Source of the DNA: Candidatus Sulfobium sp.
GTDB taxonomy: Bacteria > Nitrospirota > Thermodesulfovibrionia > Thermodesulfovibrionales > UBA6898
Length of the DNA stretch: 64,000 bases
Reading direction: 5' to 3'
Assembly: GCA_037380845.1 (NCBI GenBank)
Contig: JARRRI010000004.1
Coordinates: 52,252 to 116,251 of the forward strand
Shown here piece by piece: positions 50,928 through 60,430 of the stretch. Both the position numbers and the translations under genes were made by a program. The notes beneath the pieces are model-generated. The model was not told the DNA's origin. It was given only the letters and a program-made list of their open reading frames with translations, and did no database searches. How positions within the stretch are numbered: the stretch's first letter is position 1; every line of letters begins with the position of its first letter.

Positions 50928-52325
50928 ATGAAAAAATTTTTCTTGATTGCGATTCTTTTTACACTTTCCATAGCGATGGCGGGCTGCGGGGGAGGCACAG
51001 GGTCTTCGAGCCAGCCCTCGGGTGTCAACGGTGGGACGCCATCCGTCATCCAGCTGCTGCCTATCCAGACCATTGCCCAGACCAACTCATCCATCTCCCT
51101 CAAGGCCAAGGTCCTTGACGGCAACGGGAACCTCCTCCCCAGCGTCCCCGTCACGTTCACAAACCTCTCGACGGTCGGCAGTCTGAGCTCAACGACCGCC
51201 AATACGGACCGGAATGGCATTGCCACCGTAAGTCTGTTTTCTTCCACGTCGGGTTTTTCCACCGTCCAGTCCGAAGTCAACACCGGGGCAGGGATGGTGA
51301 GGGACAAGCGGACCGTATTTTTCTCGAACTTCGACCTTACGGTGCCGTCGCCCACCCCGGCGCCTGCGCCAGTGCTCACCCTCGATGTGGACGGGAACAA
51401 TAACGGCATATTTAATGAGCCCAGCGACTTCATTCTTTTTGAAACCCCGGAGGACAACGAGGTGATTGTCCGGGCGACTCTCACGACGGGAGATATACCG
51501 ATACCCGGGAGCCTGATTACCTTCGGCTCCGACACGGAAGAGGGGACGTTCCCACTCGGCGACACCGTCCTTACCGACGTCAACGGACAGGCGTCCGTTC
51601 TGGTGAAGGTCGACCCTGTTGTGCTGAGGAACTTCAATACAGTCCTTAATATCACCGCGATGTCGGATGACGGGGCATCGAACCTTGTTTCCCTGTTCCT
51701 TGACCCCGTGCTTATCGATACACTATCCGTATCCTCGGACCTGCAGACGGTGGATTCCGGAGGGACCGCAAATATCTCGGCCCTGTTGATGACAACGGCG
51801 GGTACCACGGCCCCGGATGGAACGGCGGTGAGCTTCATGACCACCACCGGCGGGGTGACGCCCTTCAGCCAGACAACGGACGGGATCGCAAAAGCCACGT
51901 TTACGGCGCCCACACTTGTCCCGGGTTCCTTCGGCCAGCAGGCCACAATAACGGCTTCATCGGGAGGGAAATCCGATACTGTAAAGATTACAATAGTGGC
52001 GCCGCCTGCACCGACGCCCGCACCGACGCCCACACCGACGCCGGTGCCTGCACTGGTGGTTACGCCGCCTAATGCAACGATTCCGTGCGAGGGTGCCACT
52101 GCAATTTTCTTCGTGACCGGGGGTGTTTCGCCTTACGCGGTACAGCCGGCAGTGACAACGACACTTGTCACTCTCGATAAAACTAATTTGTCAGCTAACG
52201 GCTCGTTTACAGTGAAATCGAATGCTTGCGCATCGGTTCCTGTGGGAAACAATACGGTGAACATCTTGGTCAGCGATAGTGGTGGTACCGTTCTCACCGT
52301 TCCGGTTACGGTGACAAACCCGTGA
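50928..52325 (+). CDS. Lipoprotein with bacterial Ig-like (invasin/intimin-type) domains and Pro/Thr linkers
   Basis: Lipobox MAGC; DGNGNLLPSVPVTF, ANTDRNGIATV, PDGTAVSF..TTDGIAKATFTAP; PAPTPAPTPTPTP; SD GGAGG. Confidence 0.8.
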   Translation: MKKFFLIAILFTLSIAMAGCGGGTGSSSQPSGVNGGTPSVIQLLPIQTIAQTNSSISLKAKVLDGNGNLLPSVPVTFTNLSTVGSLSSTTANTDRNGIATVSLFSSTSGFSTVQSEVNTGAGMVRDKRTVFFSNFDLTVPSPTPAPAPVLTLDVDGNNNGIFNEPSDFILFETPEDNEVIVRATLTTGDIPIPGSLITFGSDTEEGTFPLGDTVLTDVNGQASVLVKVDPVVLRNFNTVLNITAMSDDGASNLVSLFLDPVLIDTLSVSSDLQTVDSGGTANISALLMTTAGTTAPDGTAVSFMTTTGGVTPFSQTTDGIAKATFTAPTLVPGSFGQQATITASSGGKSDTVKITIVAPPAPTPAPTPTPTPVPALVVTPPNATIPCEGATAIFFVTGGVSPYAVQPAVTTTLVTLDKTNLSANGSFTVKSNACASVPVGNNTVNILVSDSGGTVLTVPVTVTNP

Positions 52326-52353
52326 GGACTGAAGACCTTTGGCTTGAGCAACA

Positions 52354-52380
52354 GGGCGGGCGAAGGCCCGCCCCCTTTTT
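52354..52380 (+). terminator. Rho-independent terminator after pilQ-lipoprotein unit
   Basis: GGGCGGGC-GAAG-GCCCGCCC then CCTTTTT. Confidence 0.75.
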
Positions 52381-52398
52381 ATAAGGAGGAAGAGGCAG

Positions 52399-54309
52399 AT
52401 GATGAAAAGGTTTATCTATATTTCTATCGCACTCATACTCGCGTCGTGCGGGAGCCAGAAGTCCGGCGACATATCCCTGAATTCCGTCCAGCAGGCCCCC
52501 GCCAAAGAGGCGGCTTCCGTAGCGGCCCCTTCGGTCAAGGCCCCTGTTGCGACGGTCCAGTCCATACTTGCCGAGGCTGAAAAGGGCGGATACAGGAAGG
52601 GGGAACTCCTGGTCCGTTATAAAACAGGAACAGCCGCCGCTGCGTCCGCCAGGATGAACTCGGCAGTCGGGGCAAAATCCGTGAGGAAGTTCCCTCTGGT
52701 CAACGCCGAACAGGTGAAGCTCCCGGAAGGCGTTTCAGTAAAGGACGCCGTCTCCCGGTACATGCAGGACCCGGACGTCCTCTATGCCGAGCCTAATTAC
52801 CTGAGATACCCGATGATGACCCCCAACGATACCTATTTTAACCCCCAGCAGTGGGCATTAGATAATACCGGAACATACGCAAGCGGTACAGTGGGCGATG
52901 ATATCGGGATGCCGCAGGCGTGGGACCTGACTCAGGGAAGCAGGGACGTTATCGTGGCCGACATAGACAGCGGCGTGGATTACAACCATCCCGACCTGGT
53001 AAACAACATATGGATCAATACGGGCGAAGACTGCAACAACGGCATCGATGACGACGGAAACGGCTACATAGACGATTGCCAGGGATGGAACTTTCCGGCC
53101 GGTACGAATGATCCCATGGACGACTTCGGACACGGCACCCATGTCGCCGGCATTATCGGCGCCGTCGGCAACAACGGACAGGGCATAGCCGGCGTCATGT
53201 GGAACGTGAGGATCATGCCCCTGAAATTCATATCTCAGCTGGGTCCCGTTGCATGCGGGGGAGAAGAAGGATTCTGCGGCGACGTCGCGGACGAGGTGGC
53301 TGCGATCCAGTATGCGGTGGACAACGGGGCGAAGGTCATTAACGCCAGTTACGGGGCAGAGACTTTTTCGCAGGACGAGCACGACGCAATCAGTGCGGCA
53401 AACGATGCCGGAGTGCTCTTTGTAGCCGCCGCGGGCAACGGGAGCCTCGACACGGCGGGGGACAACAACGACATCATGCCGGAATACCCGGCCGGCTATA
53501 ATCTGCCGAACATAATAGCTGTTGCGGCCACCGACCAGAACGACGAGAGGGCGTCTTTCAGCAACTTCGGGCCGAACTCGGTCCAGGTCGCCGCGCCGGG
53601 GGTCTATATCCTGAGCACGGTGCCCACGATGGGCGTCGCGGGTTCCTTCAGTTCCTTCTGCACGTCTTCCTTCTTTACAGGGTATGAAATCTGCAGCGGC
53701 ACTTCCATGGCCGCGCCGCACGTCGCAGGGCTTGCCGGTCTTCTGGAGAGTTACTACACTAATTTCGACTATGGGCAGGTCCGCTCCACGATCCTCAGAT
53801 ATGTGGACGGACGCCCCACTCTTAACGGCTGGGTCAAGACCGGCGGAAGGGTGAACGCCTACAAAGCTCTTTCCTCCCTGCTTGCACCGACGGACTTGGA
53901 TGCCTCGTCGACACTGCCTTCTGAAGTCTCGCTGTCCTGGTCCGACAACGCGACGGGGGAGGACGGTTACACGGTTGAGAGGAAAACGGGCGACGGCGGC
54001 TATGCCGTGGTCCAGACGCTCGGGCCGGACGCAGCCGGCTACACCGATTCCGGCCTCGTCGCGGGCACGACATACACTTACCGGGTGAGGGCGTTCAACA
54101 ATATCGGAGAGTCACTGGACGGCCCGGGCAATGTGGCTACAGTGACTACGCCCGGGTCGGCCCCCTCTGCGGAGACCGGAGGGAGCGGAGGAGGGTGCTC
54201 TGTCGCCACCCGTCCCGGCGACTCCACGGCCCCCGGGGACATCGCCGTGTTCCTGCTCCCCCTGGTTGTGCTCTTCGTTATTAAAAGGGTCAGGCGCAGG
54301 AAGGCATAA
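52399..54309 (+). CDS. S8 subtilisin-like protease with lipobox, FN3 domain and Cys-containing C-terminal sorting signal
   Basis: ILASC; triad IDSGV/HGTHVAG/GTSMAAPHVAG; FN3 (LSWSD..YTYRVRAFN); GGSGGGCSVAT..TM..KRVRRRKA. Confidence 0.92.
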   Translation: MMKRFIYISIALILASCGSQKSGDISLNSVQQAPAKEAASVAAPSVKAPVATVQSILAEAEKGGYRKGELLVRYKTGTAAAASARMNSAVGAKSVRKFPLVNAEQVKLPEGVSVKDAVSRYMQDPDVLYAEPNYLRYPMMTPNDTYFNPQQWALDNTGTYASGTVGDDIGMPQAWDLTQGSRDVIVADIDSGVDYNHPDLVNNIWINTGEDCNNGIDDDGNGYIDDCQGWNFPAGTNDPMDDFGHGTHVAGIIGAVGNNGQGIAGVMWNVRIMPLKFISQLGPVACGGEEGFCGDVADEVAAIQYAVDNGAKVINASYGAETFSQDEHDAISAANDAGVLFVAAAGNGSLDTAGDNNDIMPEYPAGYNLPNIIAVAATDQNDERASFSNFGPNSVQVAAPGVYILSTVPTMGVAGSFSSFCTSSFFTGYEICSGTSMAAPHVAGLAGLLESYYTNFDYGQVRSTILRYVDGRPTLNGWVKTGGRVNAYKALSSLLAPTDLDASSTLPSEVSLSWSDNATGEDGYTVERKTGDGGYAVVQTLGPDAAGYTDSGLVAGTTYTYRVRAFNNIGESLDGPGNVATVTTPGSAPSAETGGSGGGCSVATRPGDSTAPGDIAVFLLPLVVLFVIKRVRRRKA

Positions 54310-54335
54310 GACGGGCTGCGGTGAACAAGTGACTA

Positions 54336-54364
54336 AGAGGGGCTCCGGCCCCTCTCTTCTTTTC
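54336..54364 (+). terminator. Hairpin/terminator between protease and CPBP gene
   Basis: AGAGGGGC-TCCG-GCCCCTCT followed by CTTCTTTTC. Confidence 0.55.
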
Positions 54365-54370
54365 AGCCGG

Positions 54371-54910
54371 ATGAAGAAAAAGGCGGTCATTGCGTACGCA
54401 GCTCTTCTCGTCATCGTCTTTCTCTCCCACGCCTTTCCCGCCCGCGCCTTTGCCTATGCGATCCCGATCTTTCTGGCGGGCGTTCCCGTGCTCCTCAGGG
54501 GCAGGATCAACTTCTCCTTTTCCATGAAGGACCTTATGACCGGTGTCCTCGCTTCTCTCCTTATCCTCACCCCGGTATTCGTCTGGCTGCATGTGCAGAA
54601 GGGGTCCCGGCCCCTGTCCCTGCATATGGTCATGACGCAGCTCTTTCTCGTCTCCTTCCCGGAAGAGGTCTTCTTCAGGGGGTTCCTCCAGGACGTTCTT
54701 GGAAACAATATCGCGGGGGTCGTGATCGTGAGCCTCATGTTTTCCCTGTCCCACCTTGCCTCTTTCCTGTTCGGAGGAGATATCTATGCCCCCCTTACCT
54801 TCTTCCCGTCGCTCGTAATGGGCCTCCTCTACCTGAAGACGTCCAACGTCCTGCCTTCGACCGTATTCCACTTTCTGGCGAATGTGGTCTTTCTGGGAGT
54901 TATGATATAA
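54371..54910 (+). CDS. CPBP (CAAX/Abi) glutamic-type intramembrane protease, probable CTERM sorting enzyme
   Basis: PEEVFFRG (EExxxR), FSLSH (FxxxH), TFFPSL, HFLAN (HxxxN); very hydrophobic. Confidence 0.85.
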   Translation: MKKKAVIAYAALLVIVFLSHAFPARAFAYAIPIFLAGVPVLLRGRINFSFSMKDLMTGVLASLLILTPVFVWLHVQKGSRPLSLHMVMTQLFLVSFPEEVFFRGFLQDVLGNNIAGVVIVSLMFSLSHLASFLFGGDIYAPLTFFPSLVMGLLYLKTSNVLPSTVFHFLANVVFLGVMI

Positions 54911-55061
54911 TCTAAGACGCCGGAATGTAAGAGAGGCGGACGGCCACAGAGGGCGCAAAAATCACGGAGAGAAGAAAAGGTTTGATTTTTTGTGTTATAT
55001 GCGCCTGTTGCGGCCGCTGTTCTTGCAGGTTAAAAATGCATTTGATTGTGAGGCCCCTGAT

Positions 55062-56219
55062 ATGACAAAGCTGCGGTTCCTGACATCGGGTGAATCGCAC
55101 GGGCAGGCGCTGGTAGGGATCCTTGAAGGCATACCGGCGGGGGTGCCCGTTTCGCCGGAAGACATAGACCGCCAGCTGCGCAGGCGGCAGCAGGGATACG
55201 GAAGGGGCGGGAGGATGAAGATAGAGTCCGACAGCGCCCGGATAATGGCCGGGGTCCGCTGGGGCATGACGATAGGCTCTCCCGTAAGCATCCTTGTCGA
55301 GAACAGGGACTGGCAGAACTGGCGGGAGGGTATGTCGCCGGATGCCGGGAGCCTGGATTCGATCAAGGCCGTGACGCGGCCCAGACCCGGCCACGCGGAC
55401 CTGGCGGGCGTTCTCAAGTACGGACGAGAAGATATACGCGACGTCCTCGAAAGGTCGAGCGCCCGGGAGACGGCCATGCGGGTGGCCCTGGGGGCGGTGG
55501 CCCGGAAGTTCCTCTCCCTGTTCGATATCAGGGTGGGGAGTTACGTGACCGGAATCGGGAAGGCAAAGGCCGCCGCAAGCCCCTCTCCGGAGGAGAAAGT
55601 CTTGTCGGGGATGTTTGAAAAGGCGGAGAAATCCCCGGTCAGGTGTCCCGACCCCGAAGTCTCAAAAAAGATGATAAGGGCGATAGACAAAGCAAAAAAA
55701 GAGGGCGACTCACTCGGCGGAACGTTCGATATCTTCGTTACCAAACTCGACGGACGGCTGGCCCAGGCGGTGATGAGCATACAGGCGATCAAGGGTGTCG
55801 AAATAGGCGCCGGTTTTGAGGCGGGCGGGCGGCCCGGGTCGGAAGTGATGGACGAGATATTTTTCGGCCGGAAGAGAAACGAGAAAAACCGCGCCGGGGG
55901 CTTCTATCGCAAAACGAACAACGCCGGCGGAATCGAGGGGGGGATGACAAACGGGATGCCTGTGATCGTCAGGGCGGCCATGAAACCCATCCCCACGCTG
56001 AGGAGGGCGCTCCGCTCCGTGGATATCAGGACGGGCAGGCCCTTCGAGGCCGCTTATGAGCGCTCGGACGTCTGCGCCGTACCCGCCGCGGCAATAGTCG
56101 CGGAGGCGATGGCGGCCCTTGTGGCGGCGGATGCATTCCTTGAGAAATTCGGCGGCGACAGCGCCGAAGAGACGGTGCGGAATTTCGATTCCTACCTCAC
56201 CTCGATGAAAAGGCTATAG
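55062..56219 (+). CDS. aroC: Chorismate synthase with an in-frame internal deletion
   Basis: GESHG, RPGHAD, ERSSARET, NNAGGIEGG, MKPIPT, RSDVC; PxGLG segment absent at 55742. Confidence 0.92.
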   Translation: MTKLRFLTSGESHGQALVGILEGIPAGVPVSPEDIDRQLRRRQQGYGRGGRMKIESDSARIMAGVRWGMTIGSPVSILVENRDWQNWREGMSPDAGSLDSIKAVTRPRPGHADLAGVLKYGREDIRDVLERSSARETAMRVALGAVARKFLSLFDIRVGSYVTGIGKAKAAASPSPEEKVLSGMFEKAEKSPVRCPDPEVSKKMIRAIDKAKKEGDSLGGTFDIFVTKLDGRLAQAVMSIQAIKGVEIGAGFEAGGRPGSEVMDEIFFGRKRNEKNRAGGFYRKTNNAGGIEGGMTNGMPVIVRAAMKPIPTLRRALRSVDIRTGRPFEAAYERSDVCAVPAAAIVAEAMAALVAADAFLEKFGGDSAEETVRNFDSYLTSMKRL

Positions 56220-56330
56220 CACCCAATCGCCCGACATACGAGTGCTGTACGGCCGATATTAAAAAAGTAAAAGTCCACCGCGCGGCTCTGCGGTGAGAAT
56301 ATTTTGGTACCGGCTCCGCCGGGCCGGGGG

Positions 56331-56858
56331 ATGATGATGAAATGCGGGGCAAAAAATATCGTGCTTACGGGCTTCATGGGTACCGGCAAGACCGAGGTCG
56401 GCAAGGAACTCTCCCGGATGCTCGACATGAAGCTGATAGACATAGATACCGAGATTGAAGCCGGGCAGGGCATGAAGATTACCGATATCTTCGGGGCCTT
56501 CGGGGAGCAGCGCTTCAGGGAGATTGAGAGCGAGATGATCAGGAAGATAGGGGAGATGGAGAAGGTGGTCATCTCTGCCGGCGGAGGGGTGGTCCTTAGA
56601 GAAGAAAATATGGAGGCGCTGAGGAGGAAGGGGATGATCTTCTGCCTGCGCGCCCGTCCTGCCACTATTTTGGACCGTACAAGGGGCAGCGCCGGCAGGC
56701 CTCTCCTTAATGTCGAGGACCCTCTGGCCAGGATAAGGGAGCTGCTGGAATTCAGGCGGCCTTTCTACGAGAAGGCAGGAAAGGTCATAGATACCGAAAG
56801 CAAGACGCCGCTGCAGGTCGCCCGGGAGATCGCGGAGATATTCCAGTGCAGAAAATAA
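56331..56858 (+). CDS. aroK: Shikimate kinase
   Basis: GFMGTGKT, GEQRFR, GGGVV, RPLL. Confidence 0.94.
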   Translation: MMMKCGAKNIVLTGFMGTGKTEVGKELSRMLDMKLIDIDTEIEAGQGMKITDIFGAFGEQRFREIESEMIRKIGEMEKVVISAGGGVVLREENMEALRRKGMIFCLRARPATILDRTRGSAGRPLLNVEDPLARIRELLEFRRPFYEKAGKVIDTESKTPLQVAREIAEIFQCRK

Positions 56859-57919
56859 GGGTCGAGCTGGCTGACAGGAGTTACAATATCGCGATAGACA
56901 GCGGGATGCTTGCAGGAATCGGGAGGGCTCTCGAAAAATTTGAATTCAGCGCAAGGCTGGCGCTGGTGAGCAACCCCACGGTATACGGGCTTTACGGGCA
57001 GACCGTTTCGGACTCGATGAGGGCTTCGGGCTTCGAACTCATCGAAATAATCATCCCCGACGGTGAGGAGTACAAGAACCTCGCCTGGGTGGAAAATATA
57101 TACGGGGAACTGCTGAAGGCCCGGCTGGACAGGAAATCTGCCGTGGTGGCCCTCGGAGGCGGGGTGATAGGCGACATCACCGGGTTTGCGGCATCGACTT
57201 ATATGAGGGGGGTGGATTTTGTCCAGGTGCCTACGACCCTTCTCGCCCAGGTCGACAGCTCGGTCGGCGGGAAGACCGGGGTGAACCATCCCCTGGGTAA
57301 GAACATGATAGGCTCCTTCTGGCAGCCCAGGCTCGTTTGGATCGACACCGACACCCTAAAGACCCTGCCCCGGCGGCAGTACCTGGCCGGGATCTCAGAA
57401 GTCATCAAGTACGGCGTAATCTGGGACGCGGATTTTTTTGCCTTCCTGGAAGAAAACAGGGACAAGCTCCTGGACATGGAAGGTGACACCGTCGCCCATG
57501 TCGTGAAGAGGTCCTGCGAGATCAAGGCCGATGTCGTCTCCAGGGACGAGAGGGAAGCCGGGCTGAGGGCGATACTGAATTACGGACACACGATAGGCCA
57601 CGCCATAGAAACGGCAAGCGGCTACGGTAAGCATCTTCACGGTGAAGCGGTGGCTATGGGAATGTGCCTCGAGGCCAGGCTGGCTCAGGCAAAGGGACTT
57701 GTGGGGGCGGAGGATGCCGGGCGCATAGAGGACCTTGTCAGGTCTTACGGACTTCCGGCGGAACTGCCGGCCGACGCCGACCCGGCCGTACTTTTTTCTT
57801 CCATGCAACTCGACAAGAAGGCGGTATCGGGAGAGCTGAGGTGCGTACTTCCCGAGAGGATAGGCAGGGTGAGGATAGAGAGCGGCCTTACCCGCGAAGA
57901 TATGGAAAGGGTTTTGTGA
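56846..57919 (+). CDS. aroB: 3-dehydroquinate synthase
   Basis: GGGVIGD, PTTLLAQVDSSVGGKTG, LNYGHT, HGEAV. Confidence 0.96.
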   Translation: MQKIRVELADRSYNIAIDSGMLAGIGRALEKFEFSARLALVSNPTVYGLYGQTVSDSMRASGFELIEIIIPDGEEYKNLAWVENIYGELLKARLDRKSAVVALGGGVIGDITGFAASTYMRGVDFVQVPTTLLAQVDSSVGGKTGVNHPLGKNMIGSFWQPRLVWIDTDTLKTLPRRQYLAGISEVIKYGVIWDADFFAFLEENRDKLLDMEGDTVAHVVKRSCEIKADVVSRDEREAGLRAILNYGHTIGHAIETASGYGKHLHGEAVAMGMCLEARLAQAKGLVGAEDAGRIEDLVRSYGLPAELPADADPAVLFSSMQLDKKAVSGELRCVLPERIGRVRIESGLTREDMERVL

Positions 57920-57953
57920 TCCGGCGAACCGGTTTCTGCGTGGACAGCGGACA

Positions 57954-59696
57954 ATGAAAAAAGGTGTATTTCGCCGGTTTTTCGCCCTCTATGCCGTCGT
58001 CTTCATCCTCGCCGTTTTCTTCATCGAAATTTACATCACTGCCGCCGTCGGGAGACGCTATAAGGACGACCTCAGAAGTGATCTCCTGACGAGGATAAAC
58101 CTGATATCGGATTCCATACCCTTCGATAAGACCGACATCGATGCCCTTTGCAGACGGATAAAGGAAAAGATGGCCAGTACCAGGATCACTGTCATAAAGC
58201 CGGACGGCAGGGTGATCGGAGACTCCGACACGCAGTCGCGCGGGATGGAAAACCATTCCCACCGTCCCGAGATCGAGCAGGCGCTGGTTTCCGGAAGCGG
58301 CTCCTCCGAACGGTCGAGCCGCACGCTTCATCATGACTTTCTTTACGCAGCAACAAAAATCGTGAGAGACGGCAGTTTAGTGGGGTTTGTGAGGCTTGCA
58401 GTCCCCCTGAGGAAGATAGACGAGGCGGTCGGCGGGTTCCGGATAAAGATGGTCCTGGTAGTGGCCGTCATTTTGCTGGCGGCCTGGCTGTTTTCCGTGT
58501 GGCAGACTGAACACCTCAGAAAGTTGTGCGGACAGCTCACGGATTTTTCAAAGTCTCTTGCCCTGGGGCAGATCGACAAACGTCTTCACCTCCGGGAGAT
58601 CGGGGAGTTCGATGAGATCGCCAGAAATCTCAATGCGATGTCGGCACGCCTCCAGGGCACCATAGCGCACAGCGAAGAGGAAAAGAAACGTTTGAACGTG
58701 ATCCTGGAGAGCATCCCGGACGCCCTGCTCATTATCGATTCGAAAGGTCTGGTCCAGCTTTCGAGTTCTTCCGCCAGGGAATTTTTTGGCGAGGGGGTCC
58801 TTACGGGGAAACAATTCATCGAGGTGGTGAGAAACCGGGACTTCTCCGATGCGATGGACGAGGTCCGCAGGGAGCTGCAGCCGGTGACCGCGGAAACCCG
58901 GATCGACCTTCCCGAAGAGAGGTATTTCGTAGTCCGGATATCACCGCTATTTTACAGAGAGGGTGAATTGTCGGGTTTTATAGCCATATTCCACGACATC
59001 ACTGAGCGCGAGAAACTCGAGCAGGTGCGCAAGGACTTCGTGGCAAACGTCTCCCATGAAATTAAGACACCCATCACGGCGATTCAGGGCTTTGCCGAGA
59101 CCCTGCTGGAAGGGGCCCTCGACGACCGGGAAAATGCCGCCAGATTTCTGAGGACGATAAAGTCCAACAGCGAGAGGATTAACTCCCTGGTCGACGACCT
59201 GATGACGATCTCGAAGATAGAGCTCGGCGTAATAAGGGTGGAGAAGTCTGAAGTGGATGTCGGGGATGTTATCGAGAACGTGAGGGCGCTGTTAAAGGAC
59301 AGGGCGTCGGAGAAGGGACTTTCCCTTGAAGCGGCGGTTACGGAAGATGTCCGCATCATCAAGGCCGACAGAAACAGGCTCACGCAGATATTGACCAACC
59401 TGGTGGATAACGCGATAAAGTTCACGGAGGAGGGAGTGGTGCGAGTCGGCACGGGCGGGGAGGAAGGGGAAAGGGCCTTCATCTTCGTCGAAGACACCGG
59501 CATCGGGGTCCCGCGGAAACACCTGTCGAGACTGGGAGAGCGTTTTTACAGGGTCGATCCTGCGCGTTCCAGAAAACTTGGGGGTACCGGTCTCGGCCTG
59601 GCGATCGTCAAACACCTTGTCAGGGCTCACGGATGGGACATGCAGATCGAGAGTGTGCAGGGAAAGGGGACGAAGGTGAAGATCTTTGTATCATAA
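57954..59696 (+). CDS. phoR: PhoR-like sensor histidine kinase
   Basis: ENHSHRPE periplasmic motif, HAMP, PAS, DFVANVSHEIKTP, FYRVDPARSR..GGTGLGLAIVKH; upstream of phosphate genes. Confidence 0.88.
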   Translation: MKKGVFRRFFALYAVVFILAVFFIEIYITAAVGRRYKDDLRSDLLTRINLISDSIPFDKTDIDALCRRIKEKMASTRITVIKPDGRVIGDSDTQSRGMENHSHRPEIEQALVSGSGSSERSSRTLHHDFLYAATKIVRDGSLVGFVRLAVPLRKIDEAVGGFRIKMVLVVAVILLAAWLFSVWQTEHLRKLCGQLTDFSKSLALGQIDKRLHLREIGEFDEIARNLNAMSARLQGTIAHSEEEKKRLNVILESIPDALLIIDSKGLVQLSSSSAREFFGEGVLTGKQFIEVVRNRDFSDAMDEVRRELQPVTAETRIDLPEERYFVVRISPLFYREGELSGFIAIFHDITEREKLEQVRKDFVANVSHEIKTPITAIQGFAETLLEGALDDRENAARFLRTIKSNSERINSLVDDLMTISKIELGVIRVEKSEVDVGDVIENVRALLKDRASEKGLSLEAAVTEDVRIIKADRNRLTQILTNLVDNAIKFTEEGVVRVGTGGEEGERAFIFVEDTGIGVPRKHLSRLGERFYRVDPARSRKLGGTGLGLAIVKHLVRAHGWDMQIESVQGKGTKVKIFVS

Positions 59697-59812
59697 AGAC
59701 CGGGTAAAGCGCCGGTTGTCGTTGCCGGCGGAAGATAAGCGTCTTTTAAAACTGACACGGCTTTATTTGACATGTCACTTTTCCTTCTTATATCCTATGT
59801 GCGGCACGAGTC

Positions 59813-60430
59813 ATGAGACTGTTTCCCAAGGAAATAGATTTTTTTGAGATATTCGACAGGGCCTCGCTGAATCTCACCAAGGCCGCCGCACTCCTTGTTT
59901 CGCTCATGGAGAACTTCGATAATATCGAGTCCCGGGTAAAGGAGATCTATGAGGTGGAGCAGGACGGCGACATCCTCACCCACGAGATCATGAAAAAGCT
60001 GAACAAGACATTCATAACTCCCATCGACAGGGAGGACCTGCACGCGCTTGCCTCCCGCCTGGACGACGTCCTCGATCTGATATGGGGCGCAGTGGACAGG
60101 CTGCTGGTGTTCAAGGTGAAAGAGTCGACAAAAGAGGCGATCTCCATGTCGAAGGACCTCCTTGCCACCGCCGAGGTGATACACAAGGCGATCCACAAAC
60201 TGAAGGAAAAGAATTATTCACACGTCCAGGAATACTGCATCGAGATCAACAGACTCGAAAACAGGGTGGACAGGGATTTCAGGGACGCCCTCGGGAGGCT
60301 CTTTGACGAGGTCCGGGACCCCGTTCTCATCATAAAATGGAAAGAGATCTACGAGCACCTCGAAAACGCGTCGGACAAGTGTGAAGACGTCGCAAACGTC
60401 CTGGAAGCCATAGTCCTCAAGTATGCATAA
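59813..60430 (+). CDS. DUF47/PhoU-like Pit accessory protein
   Basis: TFITPIDRED, KWKEIYEHLE..DKCEDVA; overlaps pit start. Confidence 0.9.
   Translation: MRLFPKEIDFFEIFDRASLNLTKAAALLVSLMENFDNIESRVKEIYEVEQDGDILTHEIMKKLNKTFITPIDREDLHALASRLDDVLDLIWGAVDRLLVFKVKESTKEAISMSKDLLATAEVIHKAIHKLKEKNYSHVQEYCIEINRLENRVDRDFRDALGRLFDEVRDPVLIIKWKEIYEHLENASDKCEDVANVLEAIVLKYA

Noticed and set aside
54943..56298. Fragments resembling CACAGAG/CTCTGCG-type repeats (54943, 56275; also 8578)
   Set aside because: Too short and degenerate to support a third repeat family from this window alone
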